The notes under the pieces are model-generated. The model was not told where the DNA came from. It saw only the letters and a list, made by a program, of their open reading frames with translations, and made no database searches. A stretch of 64,000 bases of DNA from an uncultured Pseudomonadota bacterium. Lineage in GTDB: Bacteria; Chloroflexota; UBA5177; JAJPKF01. The stretch is taken from the NCBI GenBank assembly GCA_963799725.1, contig CAWCYJ010000022.1:25508-89507 (forward strand), in the 5' to 3' direction. Shown piece by piece: positions 1 through 9,382 of this stretch; position 1 is the stretch's first letter, and each line of letters starts with the position of its first letter. A program made the position numbers and the translations under genes.

Positions 1-80
1 ACCCGAACGAAATGAGTAAGCAAATCTGTGAATGAGGTTTGCGGCAGAAGTTGGGACCTGCCAGACCGACTCGGCCGGGA

Positions 81-1161
81 TCAATTGGTCCCCCTTTGTG
101 CCAAGAGCGCATCCTCAAGGTCATACCTAAAGTCGTTCAGGTCGAACTCTTGGGGAAGGTTTCTCAGCTCCCATTCGATGGTTCGACTGAGTGCAATGTC
201 AGCAGGCGTTTGTTCGGTGAATCCGAGCTCATGCCTGATTTGTCGCGTGTCTGCGACCAAGTGCTGTGAAAGGTTATATTCCCCTGCCATAAGTCCTTCT
301 GGCAAGGTCTGCCTGCTCTGCTACCAGAACCTCAAAACGCCAGCCCACTGCCGCGGCCCCAGACCTGAATCTTTCAGATACTGTAGGCGTCGACTCCTCG
401 CCAACGTTGAAGATGCTATCCCGACCAAGGTCAGTCAAGACTGCAAGTACAACCGCATATGCGACATCTTCCACATAGGCATGGACGAAGCGCCAGCTCG
501 CCATCCCGGGATCCAGCACGAGTATATGACGGCCATCATGGATGCGCTTGCTGACGGACAAAAACCGGTGCTGCTTATCTCCCGGTCCATAGACGGCCGG
601 TAGTCGCAGGACCGTGGCACCGAGCCCCGGCGCGCTGAGATACGCTTGCTCAACGAGGATCTTGTCATATTCGTCCATCCACTTCGATGGGTCATCGGAA
701 GTTCGGGCTGGGTCATTGCGGTAGGGATACAGGGTCCGTCGCAATTCTGACGTCTCTGAGAACGGGACGGGAACCGATGCGGAAGCGCTCTTGCCCCGGA
801 ACACATCATACGCTTCATAGACGTCCATGCTGCTTAGAACCACGGCTCGCGGCGCCACACTCTCTAGGACGACCACAGCCCGCTGGGCATCCGCCTCGGT
901 CATTGCCCACATGTCCACCACAACATCCGGTTTGAAGGCTGCAAAGTCGTCAGTAAATTCCTCAATCCGAGCCCGGTCACCATGGATGTGGTGAACGTCG
1001 TCGAACCCGGTATCCGGCTCGTGATTTCCTCGATGGAAGACCGCGACTTTGCAGCCGTGTGACTTCAGCTGTTGAACCACCGAAGGGCCAATGAAGCTCG
1101 TGCCCCCGAGGACGAGGACGCGCGGGGATCCGTTCGAGGTGGTGCGCGCGTCGGGATTCAC
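81..1161 (-). pseudogene. NAD-dependent epimerase/dehydratase family protein with the reading frame broken near the 3' end
   Basis: ORF 274..1161 has an N-terminal Rossmann motif (VLVLGGTSFIG). The family-typical C-terminal segment (ADTRQIRHELGF...TIEWE) sits in ORF 81..305, which is +1 relative to the first ORF and overlaps it by 32 nt. The span 81..1161 is 1081 nt (3n+1). Confidence 0.6.
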
Positions 1162-1259
1162 GTCCTCACTCTACATGAGTGCTTCTCGGGCCTTAGGGCA
1201 GCTGTACTCCAGTTATTTCCATGGCTTGTGACACCCCCCCGTCCGTTCGCTTCCGATGT

Positions 1260-2444
1260 TCATGAGGGACGGTGGAATGATGCAAAGTAGCGAAGCGTAT
1301 CAAGCCCGGATCCCAAGTGGCTCGACTCGCAGTTGGTGGGCTTCCATTGCTGCCAATGGTTCGGATCAGACGGCGATCCTTTGCGCACCGTTGTCGTGCC
1401 AGATGCATCAACGGCGAAAGCCACCAGTCCCACGGTTCGCGGCTTTACGAAGTTGAAGAACTTCTTGGCGCGGTCGGGGAAGCATCCGAGCTGTTTGAAG
1501 TTCCACTCCGTAACCATGACTGGTGCTGCTGAGGCCAAGAATCCAAAGTTATGTTGCCAGACCGAGGGACTCTGTACGTACGTGGTGTAGGGATGTTCCG
1601 CATACACGATCCCCAAGCCGCTTGGGACGTCCTGCAGGAAGTAATTCTGACCAGTGCTGGGGTTGGTTCCCGTGATGCCGTGGAAGGACTCAGCCCACGC
1701 CGGTCCGTCCGCAAGGAGAGCATTGTTGGCACCTGTTGCCCGGACGACGTTGAGGAGAGTCTGCATTCCTACCGAGCTGGTTCCCAGCTGGCAAGATGCC
1801 TTGTCGCTGCACCCGTTTAGCCACTGAGCCCACCCTTTTGCCGTCGTCTGGACTCTGGGTTCGTTGAAAAGCTCGAACATGACGTTACGGTCGTTGGCAA
1901 AGGCAGGCGCCAAGAACTGCCAGGCCTTGACAGTCTGATTGGTTGGCATCATCTGGCCGTCTCCGCAGCTCCATGTCTCGGCCTGCATAGCGAGAATGAC
2001 TCCGAGGTGGAAGGTTTCGGCGAAAGCCACTCCCGCCTCGATCTTCTTCAACAGAGCTCCATCCTTCATGGCCAAAGATGGTTGAGGGACCAGGAACCGT
2101 ATGATGTTGGCATGCCACTGAGACTTTACAGCGGACAGTTCGGCCGAATCGAAGTTGCGAGCGGCCAAATTTCCTTGAGCGTTGCCACATGCTGCCCACC
2201 CTTCGGCCGCAACTGAATTCAAGCCGCGTGCGATGAAGGGCTGACCGCCCCGCTCCAGGGTGTTCCCAACGACCCGGAACCCCCGGATGCCGTTCTGCGA
2301 GACGGCATCTCGGTTACTCTGGCTGGCGTCTGCCGCTTGGGGTAAGACGACGACTGCAAGCGCTATAGCAGAGGCCGTCAGGCCGAGTAAGAATGGCAGA
2401 CGCTTGTGGCTACGAGCTCGATTGGAACTGTTACGTGCGCTCAT
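1260..2444 (-). CDS. Secreted glycoside hydrolase family 5 (cellulase/mannanase-type)
   Basis: 394-aa ORF with a signal-peptide-like N-terminus (LPFLLGLTASAIALAVVVLPQAADA). It has the GH5 acid/base motif FELFNEP and the nucleophile motif VTEWN. Confidence 0.8.
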   Translation of the reverse strand: MSARNSSNRARSHKRLPFLLGLTASAIALAVVVLPQAADASQSNRDAVSQNGIRGFRVVGNTLERGGQPFIARGLNSVAAEGWAACGNAQGNLAARNFDSAELSAVKSQWHANIIRFLVPQPSLAMKDGALLKKIEAGVAFAETFHLGVILAMQAETWSCGDGQMMPTNQTVKAWQFLAPAFANDRNVMFELFNEPRVQTTAKGWAQWLNGCSDKASCQLGTSSVGMQTLLNVVRATGANNALLADGPAWAESFHGITGTNPSTGQNYFLQDVPSGLGIVYAEHPYTTYVQSPSVWQHNFGFLASAAPVMVTEWNFKQLGCFPDRAKKFFNFVKPRTVGLVAFAVDASGTTTVRKGSPSDPNHWQQWKPTNCESSHLGSGLDTLRYFASFHRPS

Positions 2445-2588
2445 TGGTTTCAGCCTCCTTTAGAACCATCATGGTTGGGAGGCCTGAAAGGGAAATGAGC
2501 GATGCCTTAAATGTTGCTCACAATTGTTAAAGATGCGTTCTTAGGACGATTCGGCCGAAGGCTTCACCGTCCTTTCAGAACCCGATGC

Positions 2589-2628
2589 GGGAAAACAACA
2601 GAGCGAGAAGGCAGATTTGCCTCCTCGC
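2589..2628 (-). terminator. Rho-independent terminator downstream of the beta-helix protein gene
   Basis: The minus strand reads GCGAGGAGGCA-AATC-TGCCTTCTCGC, an 11-bp stem with one G.U. It is followed by TCTGTTGTTTTCC and lies about 55 nt after the stop at 2683. Confidence 0.6.
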
Positions 2629-2682
2629 TCCTGACTGGTGACAAAGGTAGTTGGACCACCGGTTGCAGTGGTCCTACGGTTG

Positions 2683-3834
2683 TCAGGCCTTTTTGTAGAT
2701 CTCTACGTCCGCCGAGATCTTATTGCCGGAGATGGTGGAATTTATCGGGCCGACCACCCAGATACCAAAGTGGTTTCCTCCCACGATGGTATTGTTTTCG
2801 ATTACAAGGCTCTTCAGAGGCGAGACAGCACTCCAGGCGAGGATGCCCGTGGTACGCATATTCCCCGAGTCAGAGTCTCCAAACAAATTGTTCTGACCGA
2901 TCCAGTTTCCGATGATCCTATTTCCGCTCAGGTTCTGGTTCGGCGCGTGGCTATGGAGCATGACTCCAGCGAGACCATTCCCGGCAACGACGTTGTTCTC
3001 AACGGTATTGTTATAGGCCTTCGTGCCAGGTGTCGGGTCGAAGATGCCAACGCCTGCACCTCCATTGTTCGTTGAAGAATTGTTCTTGATTACGTTGCCA
3101 TACACTCCGTATCCAGGGCCGGGCTGGCCTTTGACGAAGGAGTGAGGATGTGAAGCGAGCGTTACACCGCAGTCCAACACGTTGTTCTGTATAGCGCTGT
3201 TTTCGACCACATTCCCAGCGGACTTCCCGAACTCGTCGGAAATCAGAACTCCACCGGCATCGTTCTCAATGACGTCATCATTGAGGACCGTGCTTGTGGC
3301 TCCGTTCAAATTGATCCCCTCTCCGCAATCTGCGGCGTCGAAAGGGAGAGCCCCTTTGCAAGTGGGGTTATTGGGATTTGACAGGTTGAGGTTTGTGTCG
3401 TTGCCTTGAACTGTATCCCTGACGATGATGACCTTGGAAGAGCTCTTTACCTGAATTCCCGATAGCGGCGCCTTCTCGATGGTGAAGCCTCCGACGACCG
3501 TCTTGCTGTGAACACCGGAGATGGTGACGCCCACAACGGGGCTCTTACTGGCGGCGTTGATGATCGTCTTGCTCGATCCGGCGCCCAGCAAGCTGAGAGG
3601 CTTCGTAACTTGAACTGCTCCCGTGTATGTACCTGCAGCGACGTTTATAGTTTCTCCCGAACTGGCAGCGTTAATGGCGCCTTGAATGGTTTTATAGCAT
3701 CCACCGGTGCCCGTTGTGTTCACACACGCAGGGCCTGCCGCCAGCGTTAACGGCGCGGACAGCGTTCCTATGGTCATCGCACCAAGCATAGAAGCGCCGG
3801 CCGCCATTGCAGCGAGTTTTCGAACCTTCAACAC
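2683..3834 (-). CDS. Secreted right-handed parallel beta-helix repeat protein (NosD/pectin-lyase fold)
   Basis: 383-aa ORF with a signal peptide (AAMAAGASMLGAMTIGTLSAPLTLAAG). It carries repeated N/G-rich beta-helix turns (NNVVAGNGLAGVMLHSH, IENNTIVGGNHFGIWV). Confidence 0.7.
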   Translation of the reverse strand: MLKVRKLAAMAAGASMLGAMTIGTLSAPLTLAAGPACVNTTGTGGCYKTIQGAINAASSGETINVAAGTYTGAVQVTKPLSLLGAGSSKTIINAASKSPVVGVTISGVHSKTVVGGFTIEKAPLSGIQVKSSSKVIIVRDTVQGNDTNLNLSNPNNPTCKGALPFDAADCGEGINLNGATSTVLNDDVIENDAGGVLISDEFGKSAGNVVENSAIQNNVLDCGVTLASHPHSFVKGQPGPGYGVYGNVIKNNSSTNNGGAGVGIFDPTPGTKAYNNTVENNVVAGNGLAGVMLHSHAPNQNLSGNRIIGNWIGQNNLFGDSDSGNMRTTGILAWSAVSPLKSLVIENNTIVGGNHFGIWVVGPINSTISGNKISADVEIYKKA

Positions 3835-4009
3835 AATTCTTCCCCCTATTTTTACGTGTCCGTTTCGACCGCAGTGTAAATTTTACATCATGGTTCGGGA
3901 GGTCATGACGTAGGTAGTGGTCTGAGGAAGGGAACTTCTACCCGTACTACCTTGACTCGAATTTTGCCTGTTGAGCTTCCCGCCTGCTAAAAAGTAGCCA
4001 TATCCTCGC

Positions 4010-4579
4010 TTGGGAGAAAGCTTTATGGATGGGATGCCAAACGTGGGTACAGAGGTAGTCATCGTTGAGGACGGTAGAGTGTTGCTCGTCAAGCGGGCAG
4101 ACTTCGAAGTGTGGGGCCTTCCCGGTGGATACGTCGAGTCAGGCGAGTCCCTAACTGAGTGCGCAGTCCGCGAGGCCAGGGAGGAGACAGGTCTTCAGGT
4201 TCGACTCTCAGGGCTGGTAGGAGTCTACTCGTTTCGGCACTGGCTCAAGCGTGGCTATCATTTCGCTGCTTTCCTGGCGAAACCGATTGGAGGTAGCCTC
4301 CATCCACAACTGGAAGAAGTCATGGCAGTCGAATACTTCGAGCCAGCCGGCCTTCCAGAGACACTTGGATTCGCCGTCGAACAGGTTGTTGCAGATGCTC
4401 TGACCGAGCAGTCGGGATTCGTTCGGTCGCATGACGGCAAGCTCGATCAAGAATTCACGGTACTGCTTCAAGGGGCTGCTGCTTCGGGCTTATCGCGAAG
4501 CGACTTCTACCTATCGGCCATTGCTCCAGAGCTCCAACCCGACAGTATGAGCTCTGACCTAGATGTTGAGGGGCCCTAG
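4010..4579 (+). CDS. NUDIX hydrolase
   Basis: Nudix box [24 protein letters not shown]. The start is uncertain; ATG at 4025 or 4034 is also possible. Confidence 0.8.
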   Translation: MGESFMDGMPNVGTEVVIVEDGRVLLVKRADFEVWGLPGGYVESGESLTECAVREAREETGLQVRLSGLVGVYSFRHWLKRGYHFAAFLAKPIGGSLHPQLEEVMAVEYFEPAGLPETLGFAVEQVVADALTEQSGFVRSHDGKLDQEFTVLLQGAAASGLSRSDFYLSAIAPELQPDSMSSDLDVEGP

Positions 4580-4620
4580 ACTCGCTGAGAATTGCTCCAG
4601 GACTTAAGCACGAGAGAGCA

Positions 4621-4721
4621 TGGCGGGAGTGCATGGGAGTCGAACCCATCCGAGACGGCGATTAGAGCCGCCTCGCAACGATTTTGAAGATCGCGAGAGC
4701 CACCGGACCCCAACCACCCCC
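4621..4721 (-). tRNA. selC: tRNA-Sec (anticodon UCA), 3' CCA encoded
   Basis: Hand fold of the minus strand:
- Acceptor GGGGGTG(G)/(G)CACTCCC, discriminator G, then CCA.
- 6-bp D stem GGGGTC/GGCTCT with a 4-nt loop CGGT.
- Anticodon stem GCGAT/ATCGT with loop CTTCAAA (anticodon TCA).
- 28-nt extra arm with a 9-bp stem.
- T arm ATGGG-TTCGACT-CCCAT. Confidence 0.9.
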
Positions 4722-4787
4722 GTCCGAGTCTTACAGACGTGAAACTCCAGCGTCAAAGATAAGCGTGATACCATTGGTCGCTCTCGG

Positions 4788-5570
4788 TTGCTCAGGTCAA
4801 TCGAGAGACTTTTTGTATTCAGACCAGCATTTGCAGTGCGTTATCTAGTCCTTGCCGATATCCACGCCAACCTCGAGGCTCTGGCAGCCGTTCTCGATGA
4901 TGCCGCCTCGTGGGACGCTACCCTCTGTCTGGGCGACCTCGTCGGCTATGGCCCAAATCCTAACGAGAGCGTCGAGAAGATCGTCTCCTTGAGCAATCTG
5001 ACGGCCGTGATCGGCAACCACGACGTGGCGGCCCTGGGGCAGATCGATCTCGATACATTCAATCCCCATGCAAAGTTCGCTGCTCTTTGGACTCAAAGCC
5101 AGATGACCGAGGAGACGAAGGGATACCTACGATCTCTCGGTCAGCTGGAGGAGGTGGATGGCATCACGCTCGTCCACGGGAGCCCTCGGGACCCGGTCTG
5201 GGAGTATCTGGAACGTGCTTCTCAGGCTCCGGAAAACTTTGCCCGGTTTACCACCAAGATTTGTCTGAACGGTCACACCCACGTGCCACGGGTCTTTGGT
5301 CAGGACCCGGACGATCGCCGGGCTGATGTGAGGTCACCTGAGGAGAGTGAGCAGCTAGATGTCTCGCTTAACATCAGGAGGATTCTCAATCCGGGGAGTG
5401 TCGGACAACCCCGAGATGGCGACCCAAGAGCCGCGTACGCGATCTTTGACACAGACGAGAACCGCTTCGACTTTCACCGCGTCGCCTACGACATTGAGGC
5501 GACCCAGAAGAAGATGATGGATGCCGGCCTACCTAAGCCGCTCTCTGACCGGTTGGCCTACGGCTTTTGA
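4788..5570 (+). CDS. Metallophosphoesterase (calcineurin-like, YfcE/MJ0936-type)
   Basis: Motifs LADIHAN, GDLVGYGPNPNE, GNHD and GHTH. The true start may be the GTG at 4836. Confidence 0.8.
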   Translation: MLRSIERLFVFRPAFAVRYLVLADIHANLEALAAVLDDAASWDATLCLGDLVGYGPNPNESVEKIVSLSNLTAVIGNHDVAALGQIDLDTFNPHAKFAALWTQSQMTEETKGYLRSLGQLEEVDGITLVHGSPRDPVWEYLERASQAPENFARFTTKICLNGHTHVPRVFGQDPDDRRADVRSPEESEQLDVSLNIRRILNPGSVGQPRDGDPRAAYAIFDTDENRFDFHRVAYDIEATQKKMMDAGLPKPLSDRLAYGF

Positions 5571-5605
5571 GCTTCTAAAGACAAATAGCAGGCGGTCGTC
5601 TCGAG

Positions 5606-6871
5606 CTAAGGGTAGATGCCACGCATGGTGGTGGCGGATGAAACCCTCTCGATTGCCAGAGAATAGGCCGCGGTGCGAAGGTCGCAGTTCAGACGGTCAT
5701 GCTCCGCCCACACGTCGTCGAAGGCGGCCCGGATAATCCGTTCGAGGCGAGCATCCACTTCCTCGTCTGACCAGAAGAAGGATTGGAGATCCTGAACCCA
5801 TTCGAAGTACGAAACGATAACGCCCCCCGCGTTCGCCAGGATGTCGGGCACGATCAGCACGCCTCGCTCGCCAAGAATGTCGTCTGCTTCGGGAGTGCTT
5901 GGACCGTTTGACGCCTCCGCGATGATCTTGGCATCGATATGTCTGGCATTCGTAGCGTTGATCTGCCCCGAGACGGAGGCCGGGATTAAGAGATCCGTGG
6001 GCAGCTGGAGAAGATCTGCGGGCGATACCTCGCGTGCTTCCCCGTATCCCCTAACGCTTCCTGTTTGACTCTTGTGCTCGAGAAGACGTGTGGGGTCGAT
6101 ACCTTCAGGGTTGTAGACGGCGGCCTGAGAATCGCCAACCGCAACAAGAGTGACTCCCATCGCCTCCAATGCCATAGCCGTGGATGAACCAGCGCTGCCG
6201 TATCCCTGAATCACGCATCGAAGTCCGGAGACATCCAGCCCCAACCGTTCGGCCGCCATTGCTACCACAACAGCAATGCCGCGCCCGCCTGCCTGTAGGC
6301 GGCCTTCAGAACCGCCGATCGCAATCGGCTTACCCGTGACAACGGCGGGAACGGAGTGTCCAACCTGCATGCTGTAGGTATCCATGATCCAAGCCATCTC
6401 TCGAGGTCCCGTGTTCAGATCCGGACCAGGAATGTCACGGTCAGGTCCCAGAAGAATTGAGATCTCGGATGTATACCGCCTGGTGAGGTGTTCGAGCTCG
6501 TGTTGCGAGAGTCTCCTCGGGTCGACAGTAACGCCGCCCGCAGCTCCACCAAACGGAATCCCGGCAACGGCTGCCTTCCAAGTCATCCACATGGCAACGG
6601 CGCGAACATCGTCAATGCCGACCCGTTCGCCGAAGCGAATGCCCCCCTTGGCCGGGCCTCTGGCAATGTTGTGGTGAACACGGTAGCCGGTGATCATTTC
6701 GATCGACCCGTCGTCCATTTGCACCGGGAAGTTGCTTGTTAGCTCCCGTTTCGTTTCGCGCAGGACGTTTCTCGCATTGGAGTCGAGATCGATCCGTTTG
6801 GCGGCCCGGTCAAACTGCTGCTGGGCAACATGAAAGGGGTTGTACGAGGATGGAGGCACTTGAGCGGACAT
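5606..6871 (-). CDS. gdhA: Glutamate dehydrogenase (Glu/Leu/Phe/Val dehydrogenase family)
   Basis: Motif GPAKGGIRF and dinucleotide-binding GYGSAGS. I place the start at the ATG at 6871, preceded by GGTGGAG; the ORF track maximum is 6952. Confidence 0.9.
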   Translation of the reverse strand: MSAQVPPSSYNPFHVAQQQFDRAAKRIDLDSNARNVLRETKRELTSNFPVQMDDGSIEMITGYRVHHNIARGPAKGGIRFGERVGIDDVRAVAMWMTWKAAVAGIPFGGAAGGVTVDPRRLSQHELEHLTRRYTSEISILLGPDRDIPGPDLNTGPREMAWIMDTYSMQVGHSVPAVVTGKPIAIGGSEGRLQAGGRGIAVVVAMAAERLGLDVSGLRCVIQGYGSAGSSTAMALEAMGVTLVAVGDSQAAVYNPEGIDPTRLLEHKSQTGSVRGYGEAREVSPADLLQLPTDLLIPASVSGQINATNARHIDAKIIAEASNGPSTPEADDILGERGVLIVPDILANAGGVIVSYFEWVQDLQSFFWSDEEVDARLERIIRAAFDDVWAEHDRLNCDLRTAAYSLAIERVSSATTMRGIYP

Positions 6872-6899
6872 GTGGTCTGACTCCACCCTTATGGGAAGA

Positions 6900-9356
6900 T
6901 TACGGCGTTGTCCCAGGATTTGTGACTGGCGGTTGGCCGCTGGAACTTCCACTATTGCTATTACTACTGGAGCCGCCGGTCGTGTTGGTGGTAGTGCCGG
7001 TGGTGGTGGTTGGCTGCGTTACTGGCGGAACGATGACGGGTTGAGTCGGTATCGGAACAGGGGTTGCCGGCTGGTACGTCACAGGTGGCTGATAGGGTTG
7101 GTACGGAGTCGTTCCCTGGTCGTCGACACCAGCGACAGTCGGTACGGAGCAGTATGGAGGCGTATTGCCGGAATAGATATCGGTGCTTGAAGAGCTCAGG
7201 ATCGGATTTGGAGTATTGGCCTCACGGCACTCTGACCCGGTGGTTATCCCTGGCGGCTCCGTGAAGTTGACGTTCGGAAGGTTGAGCGTCTGAAAGGCCT
7301 GCTCCATGAAATCATGCCAGATCGGTGCAGCTCCGGTGATACCTGTGCTCCCAACCATGGCGCTGTAATCTGCGTTACCGACCCAAACCCCGGTGACGAG
7401 CTGAGGAGTATAGCCTACCGTCCAGTTGTCGGTGAATGAGTTTGTCGTGCCGGTTTTGGCGGCAGCTTCATGATCGAGAAGTAGGGGAGAGGTTAGACCA
7501 AATTCCATTTGACGAGCATTGTTGTCCGACAGGATGCTGGTGATGAGATAGGCATCGGCCGCCGGAGCTACTCGCTGACGGAGGGCCCGCAGCCACGGGT
7601 CTTGCGACGCGCGCCAAAGGACCTTTCCGTTCGTCCTATTCACAATTTCTTTAAATGCTAGAGGCGGCACTCTGACACCGTTCGTGGCGAAGGCGCCGTA
7701 AGCGGCCGTCTCTTGAACCAATCTCACCCCTCGTGGCATACCTCCGAGAGTAAGAGCATAGCCGCAGCAGCCGGCATTATCGCGCCAGAGGTCGCTTATA
7801 CCGAAGCGGACGGCTGTATGAGCGACGGCATGAACTCCGTTGAACACTTCCACTCGGACGGCAGGCGCGTTTAGGGAGTTGGCCAACGCCTCGCGAATCG
7901 TGACGTCCCCGTGCCAGGTTTGATCGTAGTCCGTTGGTGAGTAGAACCCTGTAGGCGACGTATTATCGGGGATGTTTAAGGGGCCATCATCAACCATCGA
8001 GGCGGGGGCGATACCCTTCTCAAACGCGGATACGTAGTTGAAGACCTTGAATGAGGATCCCGGTTGGCGAGGGGAGTCCGCCATGTTGATCTCTTCGTGG
8101 GCTTTATCCAGGTTTGCACTGCCGACCATGGCGAGGATGCACCCGTAACATTGAGGCTGCACACTCATCGACACCAGGGCTCCATCAGTCACGTTCAAGC
8201 CGCCGACTAAGGCCACCTGGTGGGTCACGATTTGCTGCGCTTGAGATTGGAGCGTCGGATTCAGTGTCGTAATAATCCGAAGGCCATCATAGAGGCCTCT
8301 TTTTCCTAGTTTTGCCACCAAGTACGGGTCGTACTGATTTCGATTGTTTGGATCGGTCATTTCCTGGAATTGACCGATTGCGTAGTTGACGAACTTGGGG
8401 TCAACCATGCTCGAGGTGGATTGATAGAAGGTGTATGCTTGCGCTTGACTCTCGGCGACCTTGACCTGTTGCTGGTTGATATATCCACGTTCCTTCATGT
8501 ACTGAAGTACCTGCAGCATTCGTGAGAACCAGAGACCATTTGTCCCCGATCCGCTGTTGAATGGGTCAAAGTCGGTCGGCGACTGAGGCATGCCGGCGAT
8601 CATTGCAGCTTGCCACAACTTGAGGTGCGGAACGCCGACGTGGAAGTAGGTTTCGGAAGCAGCCTGAACTCCGTTCGCCAGCTGGCCATAATAGACGCTG
8701 TTCAGATAGTCATACAAGATGTAGTTCTTGGGATACCGCTGTGCTACCTGGTACGCGAGCCAGATCTCTTTGACCTTACGCGTGAGGCTCACAGAAGGGT
8801 CATGAAGGATGTAGCGCTTCACCATCTGTTGGGTGATCGTACTTGCGCCCGACTGAATCTGACCCGACGTGGCGTCCTGATACATGGCTCGGAAAATGGC
8901 CATGGGATCGAATCCGGGGTTGCTGTAGAAGGTCGGATCCTCAGTGGCGATCGTCGCGTCCCGGAGAATCATTGGAATGCCGTCGCCTGAACATGTGTAG
9001 TACGGTTTCAAGTGCTTGGTGTGGCGACCATCTGGACATTGCTTTCGACTGTTCGGGTTGAGCTCCAGAGGCCTTACGATGCGGCTCCCGAGCTTCGGAT
9101 TCGAAAGGTCATAGAGAAGCAAACGGTTCGAAGCCATAATCTCCGTATTTTCGAAGTTCAGACTTGTACCAAAACCCGGTTTGGGTAAGTTGCTGCTACT
9201 CACATAGACCAAGCCTGCAGCCGCGCCGCCAAAACCCATGAGAACGAGACTCGAGATGATGGCCAGAGCAAATCGCAAGGCCAAATTGCCTTTCTTGTCC
9301 GGACGAGCCAGAGCCGAGCGTCTGGCCGCTAAACGACGGCGCTTTCGAGCCTCCAC
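6900..9356 (-). CDS. Class A penicillin-binding protein (transglycosylase plus transpeptidase) with a Pro/Thr/Gly/Ser-rich C-terminal tail
   Basis: N-terminal TM segment and GT51 motifs (ATIATEDPTFYSNPGFD, GASTITQQ). Transpeptidase motifs SSFK and KTGTT. Low-complexity tail PYQPYQPPVTYQP...TTTTGTTTNTTGGSSSNSNSGSSSG. Confidence 0.9.
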   Translation of the reverse strand: MEARKRRRLAARRSALARPDKKGNLALRFALAIISSLVLMGFGGAAAGLVYVSSSNLPKPGFGTSLNFENTEIMASNRLLLYDLSNPKLGSRIVRPLELNPNSRKQCPDGRHTKHLKPYYTCSGDGIPMILRDATIATEDPTFYSNPGFDPMAIFRAMYQDATSGQIQSGASTITQQMVKRYILHDPSVSLTRKVKEIWLAYQVAQRYPKNYILYDYLNSVYYGQLANGVQAASETYFHVGVPHLKLWQAAMIAGMPQSPTDFDPFNSGSGTNGLWFSRMLQVLQYMKERGYINQQQVKVAESQAQAYTFYQSTSSMVDPKFVNYAIGQFQEMTDPNNRNQYDPYLVAKLGKRGLYDGLRIITTLNPTLQSQAQQIVTHQVALVGGLNVTDGALVSMSVQPQCYGCILAMVGSANLDKAHEEINMADSPRQPGSSFKVFNYVSAFEKGIAPASMVDDGPLNIPDNTSPTGFYSPTDYDQTWHGDVTIREALANSLNAPAVRVEVFNGVHAVAHTAVRFGISDLWRDNAGCCGYALTLGGMPRGVRLVQETAAYGAFATNGVRVPPLAFKEIVNRTNGKVLWRASQDPWLRALRQRVAPAADAYLITSILSDNNARQMEFGLTSPLLLDHEAAAKTGTTNSFTDNWTVGYTPQLVTGVWVGNADYSAMVGSTGITGAAPIWHDFMEQAFQTLNLPNVNFTEPPGITTGSECREANTPNPILSSSSTDIYSGNTPPYCSVPTVAGVDDQGTTPYQPYQPPVTYQPATPVPIPTQPVIVPPVTQPTTTTGTTTNTTGGSSSNSNSGSSSGQPPVTNPGTTP

Positions 9357-9382
9357 CTATTCTCCTGTTCGGGCGACGGAGC

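Noticed and set aside
28-603. Long ORFs antisense to confidently called genes. Examples: 28..603, 13529..14020, 15766..16386, 21563..22018, 31109..31591, 35026..35400, 43328..44164, 58704..59481.
   Set aside because: Their compositions are R/S/P/G-rich, typical of shadow frames in GC-rich DNA. Each lies fully inside a gene with strong motif support on the other strand. None has a recognisable motif.
6900-7110. Repetitive GGT/GCC/ACC-rich DNA that might be a tandem repeat element.
   Set aside because: It is in frame with the PBP gene and encodes its Pro/Thr/Gly/Ser-rich C-terminal tail. It is low-complexity coding sequence, not a repeat element or CRISPR array.
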